DNA from: Candidatus Multivoradales bacterium
GTDB taxonomy: Bacteria > Acidobacteriota > Thermoanaerobaculia > Multivoradales > Multivoraceae
NCBI GenBank assembly: GCA_965223325.1
Contig: CBDCWI010000002.1
Span: forward strand, 64,001-128,000
Direction of reading: 5' to 3'
DNA: 64,000 nucleotides
Below the pieces are notes generated by a model that was not told the origin of the DNA, made no database searches, and saw only the letters and a program-made list of their open reading frames with translations. Below, piece after piece: positions 63,040-64,000 of the stretch. A program made the position numbers and the translations under genes. Each line of letters starts with the position of its first letter. Within the stretch, counting starts at the first letter, position 1.

Positions 63040-63057
63040 CTCTGTCCATGGACAGAG
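63040..63057. promoter_or_regulatory. Perfect 18-bp palindrome over the uvrC start (candidate operator)
   Basis: CTCTGTCCATGGACAGAG, overlapping a TAACCT -10-like hexamer and the ATG. Confidence 0.4.
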
Positions 63058-64000
63058 CGGTCACCGAACGGATTCGCGGGCTGCCTGACTCGCCCGGCAT
63101 CTACATCTTTCTGTCCGAGGATCAGTCGCCGCTCTACATTGGCAAGGCCGGGTCGCTCAGAAAACGCGCCGCGGCCTACCTCAAGCCACAGCCCGATGCT
63201 CGGCTGCAGGCGATGGTGCGCGAGGCCCACGCTCTCGACTTCGTGGTCACCGACTCGGAAGCCGAGGCGCTGTTGCTCGAGAACAACTGGATCAAGCATC
63301 GCAAGCCGCGTTACAACATTCGACTGCGCGACGACAAGACCTACCCCTACCTCAAGCTCACCCTCGGTGAGCCCTGGCCCCGGCTGGTGTTTACGCGGCG
63401 CATCATCGACGACGGTTCGGAGTACTACGGTCCCTACCTTCCGGCTGGGCGGGCGCGCAAGGCAATCAAGCTGACCCAGAAGTTGTTTGGTATCCGGGTA
63501 TGTCGCATCGAGATCGACGGTCAACTGCCGCGCCCGTGCCTCTACTGGGACATGCAGCGTTGTCTGGGACCCTGCGTCGACGGTTTGACCGATCACGAGA
63601 GCTACTTGGAGGGAGTCGAGCGGGCTCGCTCCTTTCTTTCCGGACGCACCCAGAACCTGGTGGCGGAGCTCAAGGGGCAGATGCGTGCGGCGGCGGATAC
63701 CCTCGAGTTCGAGGCCGCGGCACAGGTTCGCGACCTGATCGCCGAGATCGGAACCCTCGAGGAGCGCCAGAAACTCTCTGAGAGTCGCGGGGATGACGTC
63801 GACACCTACGGTGTGCATGTGCAGGGTGACCACGCAGCGGTGGTCATCCTGGTGATGCGCGCTGGGCAGGTGCTCGATCGGCGCGAGCTGTTCTGGGAGG
63901 GCGAGGGCAACGTCGATCCGGCGCGCCTGCTCTCAGAGTTGCTTCCGCAAATCTACGATCGCACCACCTTCGTTCCCAAAGAGGTGCACCTGCCGATGCC
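63048..64000 (+). CDS. uvrC: Excinuclease ABC subunit C (partial, runs off the window)
   Basis: Not in the ORF track. Manual translation: MDRAVTERIRGLPDSPGIYIF...LYIGKAGSLRKR...EAEALLLENNWIKHRKPRYNIRLRDDKTYPY (GIY-YIG). Confidence 0.95.
   Translation, partial: MDRAVTERIRGLPDSPGIYIFLSEDQSPLYIGKAGSLRKRAAAYLKPQPDARLQAMVREAHALDFVVTDSEAEALLLENNWIKHRKPRYNIRLRDDKTYPYLKLTLGEPWPRLVFTRRIIDDGSEYYGPYLPAGRARKAIKLTQKLFGIRVCRIEIDGQLPRPCLYWDMQRCLGPCVDGLTDHESYLEGVERARSFLSGRTQNLVAELKGQMRAAADTLEFEAAAQVRDLIAEIGTLEERQKLSESRGDDVDTYGVHVQGDHAAVVILVMRAGQVLDRRELFWEGEGNVDPARLLSELLPQIYDRTTFVPKEVHLPM

Overview
High-GC bacterial chromosome segment, most consistent with Acidobacteriota (inferred from gene content and order: psd-pssA-Asd-like, TPR-spoVG-tRNA-Gln-prs-rplY-pth, PilZ/AMIN and MshEN proteins). 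It is mainly housekeeping DNA: class II DAHP synthase, murJ, trmL, a TRAP transporter, trxB, tsaB/rimI, mutS, ssb, HU/IHF, prs, rplY, pth, membrane pyrophosphatase, rpsF-rpsR-rplI, PBP1A and uvrB/uvrC. I found no CRISPR array, prophage, transposase or defence island. The notable signals are small non-autonomous palindromic elements. (1) Two copies of a 166-bp CTAG-bounded MITE. One has inserted into codons 2-3 of an acyl-CoA dehydrogenase-like gene and supplies a new in-frame ATG from its own terminal repeat. Both copies lie upstream of acyl-CoA metabolism genes. (2) A 4 x 192-194 bp tandem array of double-hairpin units between the convergent TRAP genes. (3) An 18-bp perfect inverted repeat that holds the stop codons of two convergent genes. 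Other points of interest: a fused-type 5-oxoprolinase split into two genes about 5 kb apart, several apparent pseudo-enzymes and c-di-GMP receptor candidates, frequent leaderless promoter architecture, and a perfect 18-bp palindrome over the uvrC start. All calls come from reading motifs by eye; no database searches were run.
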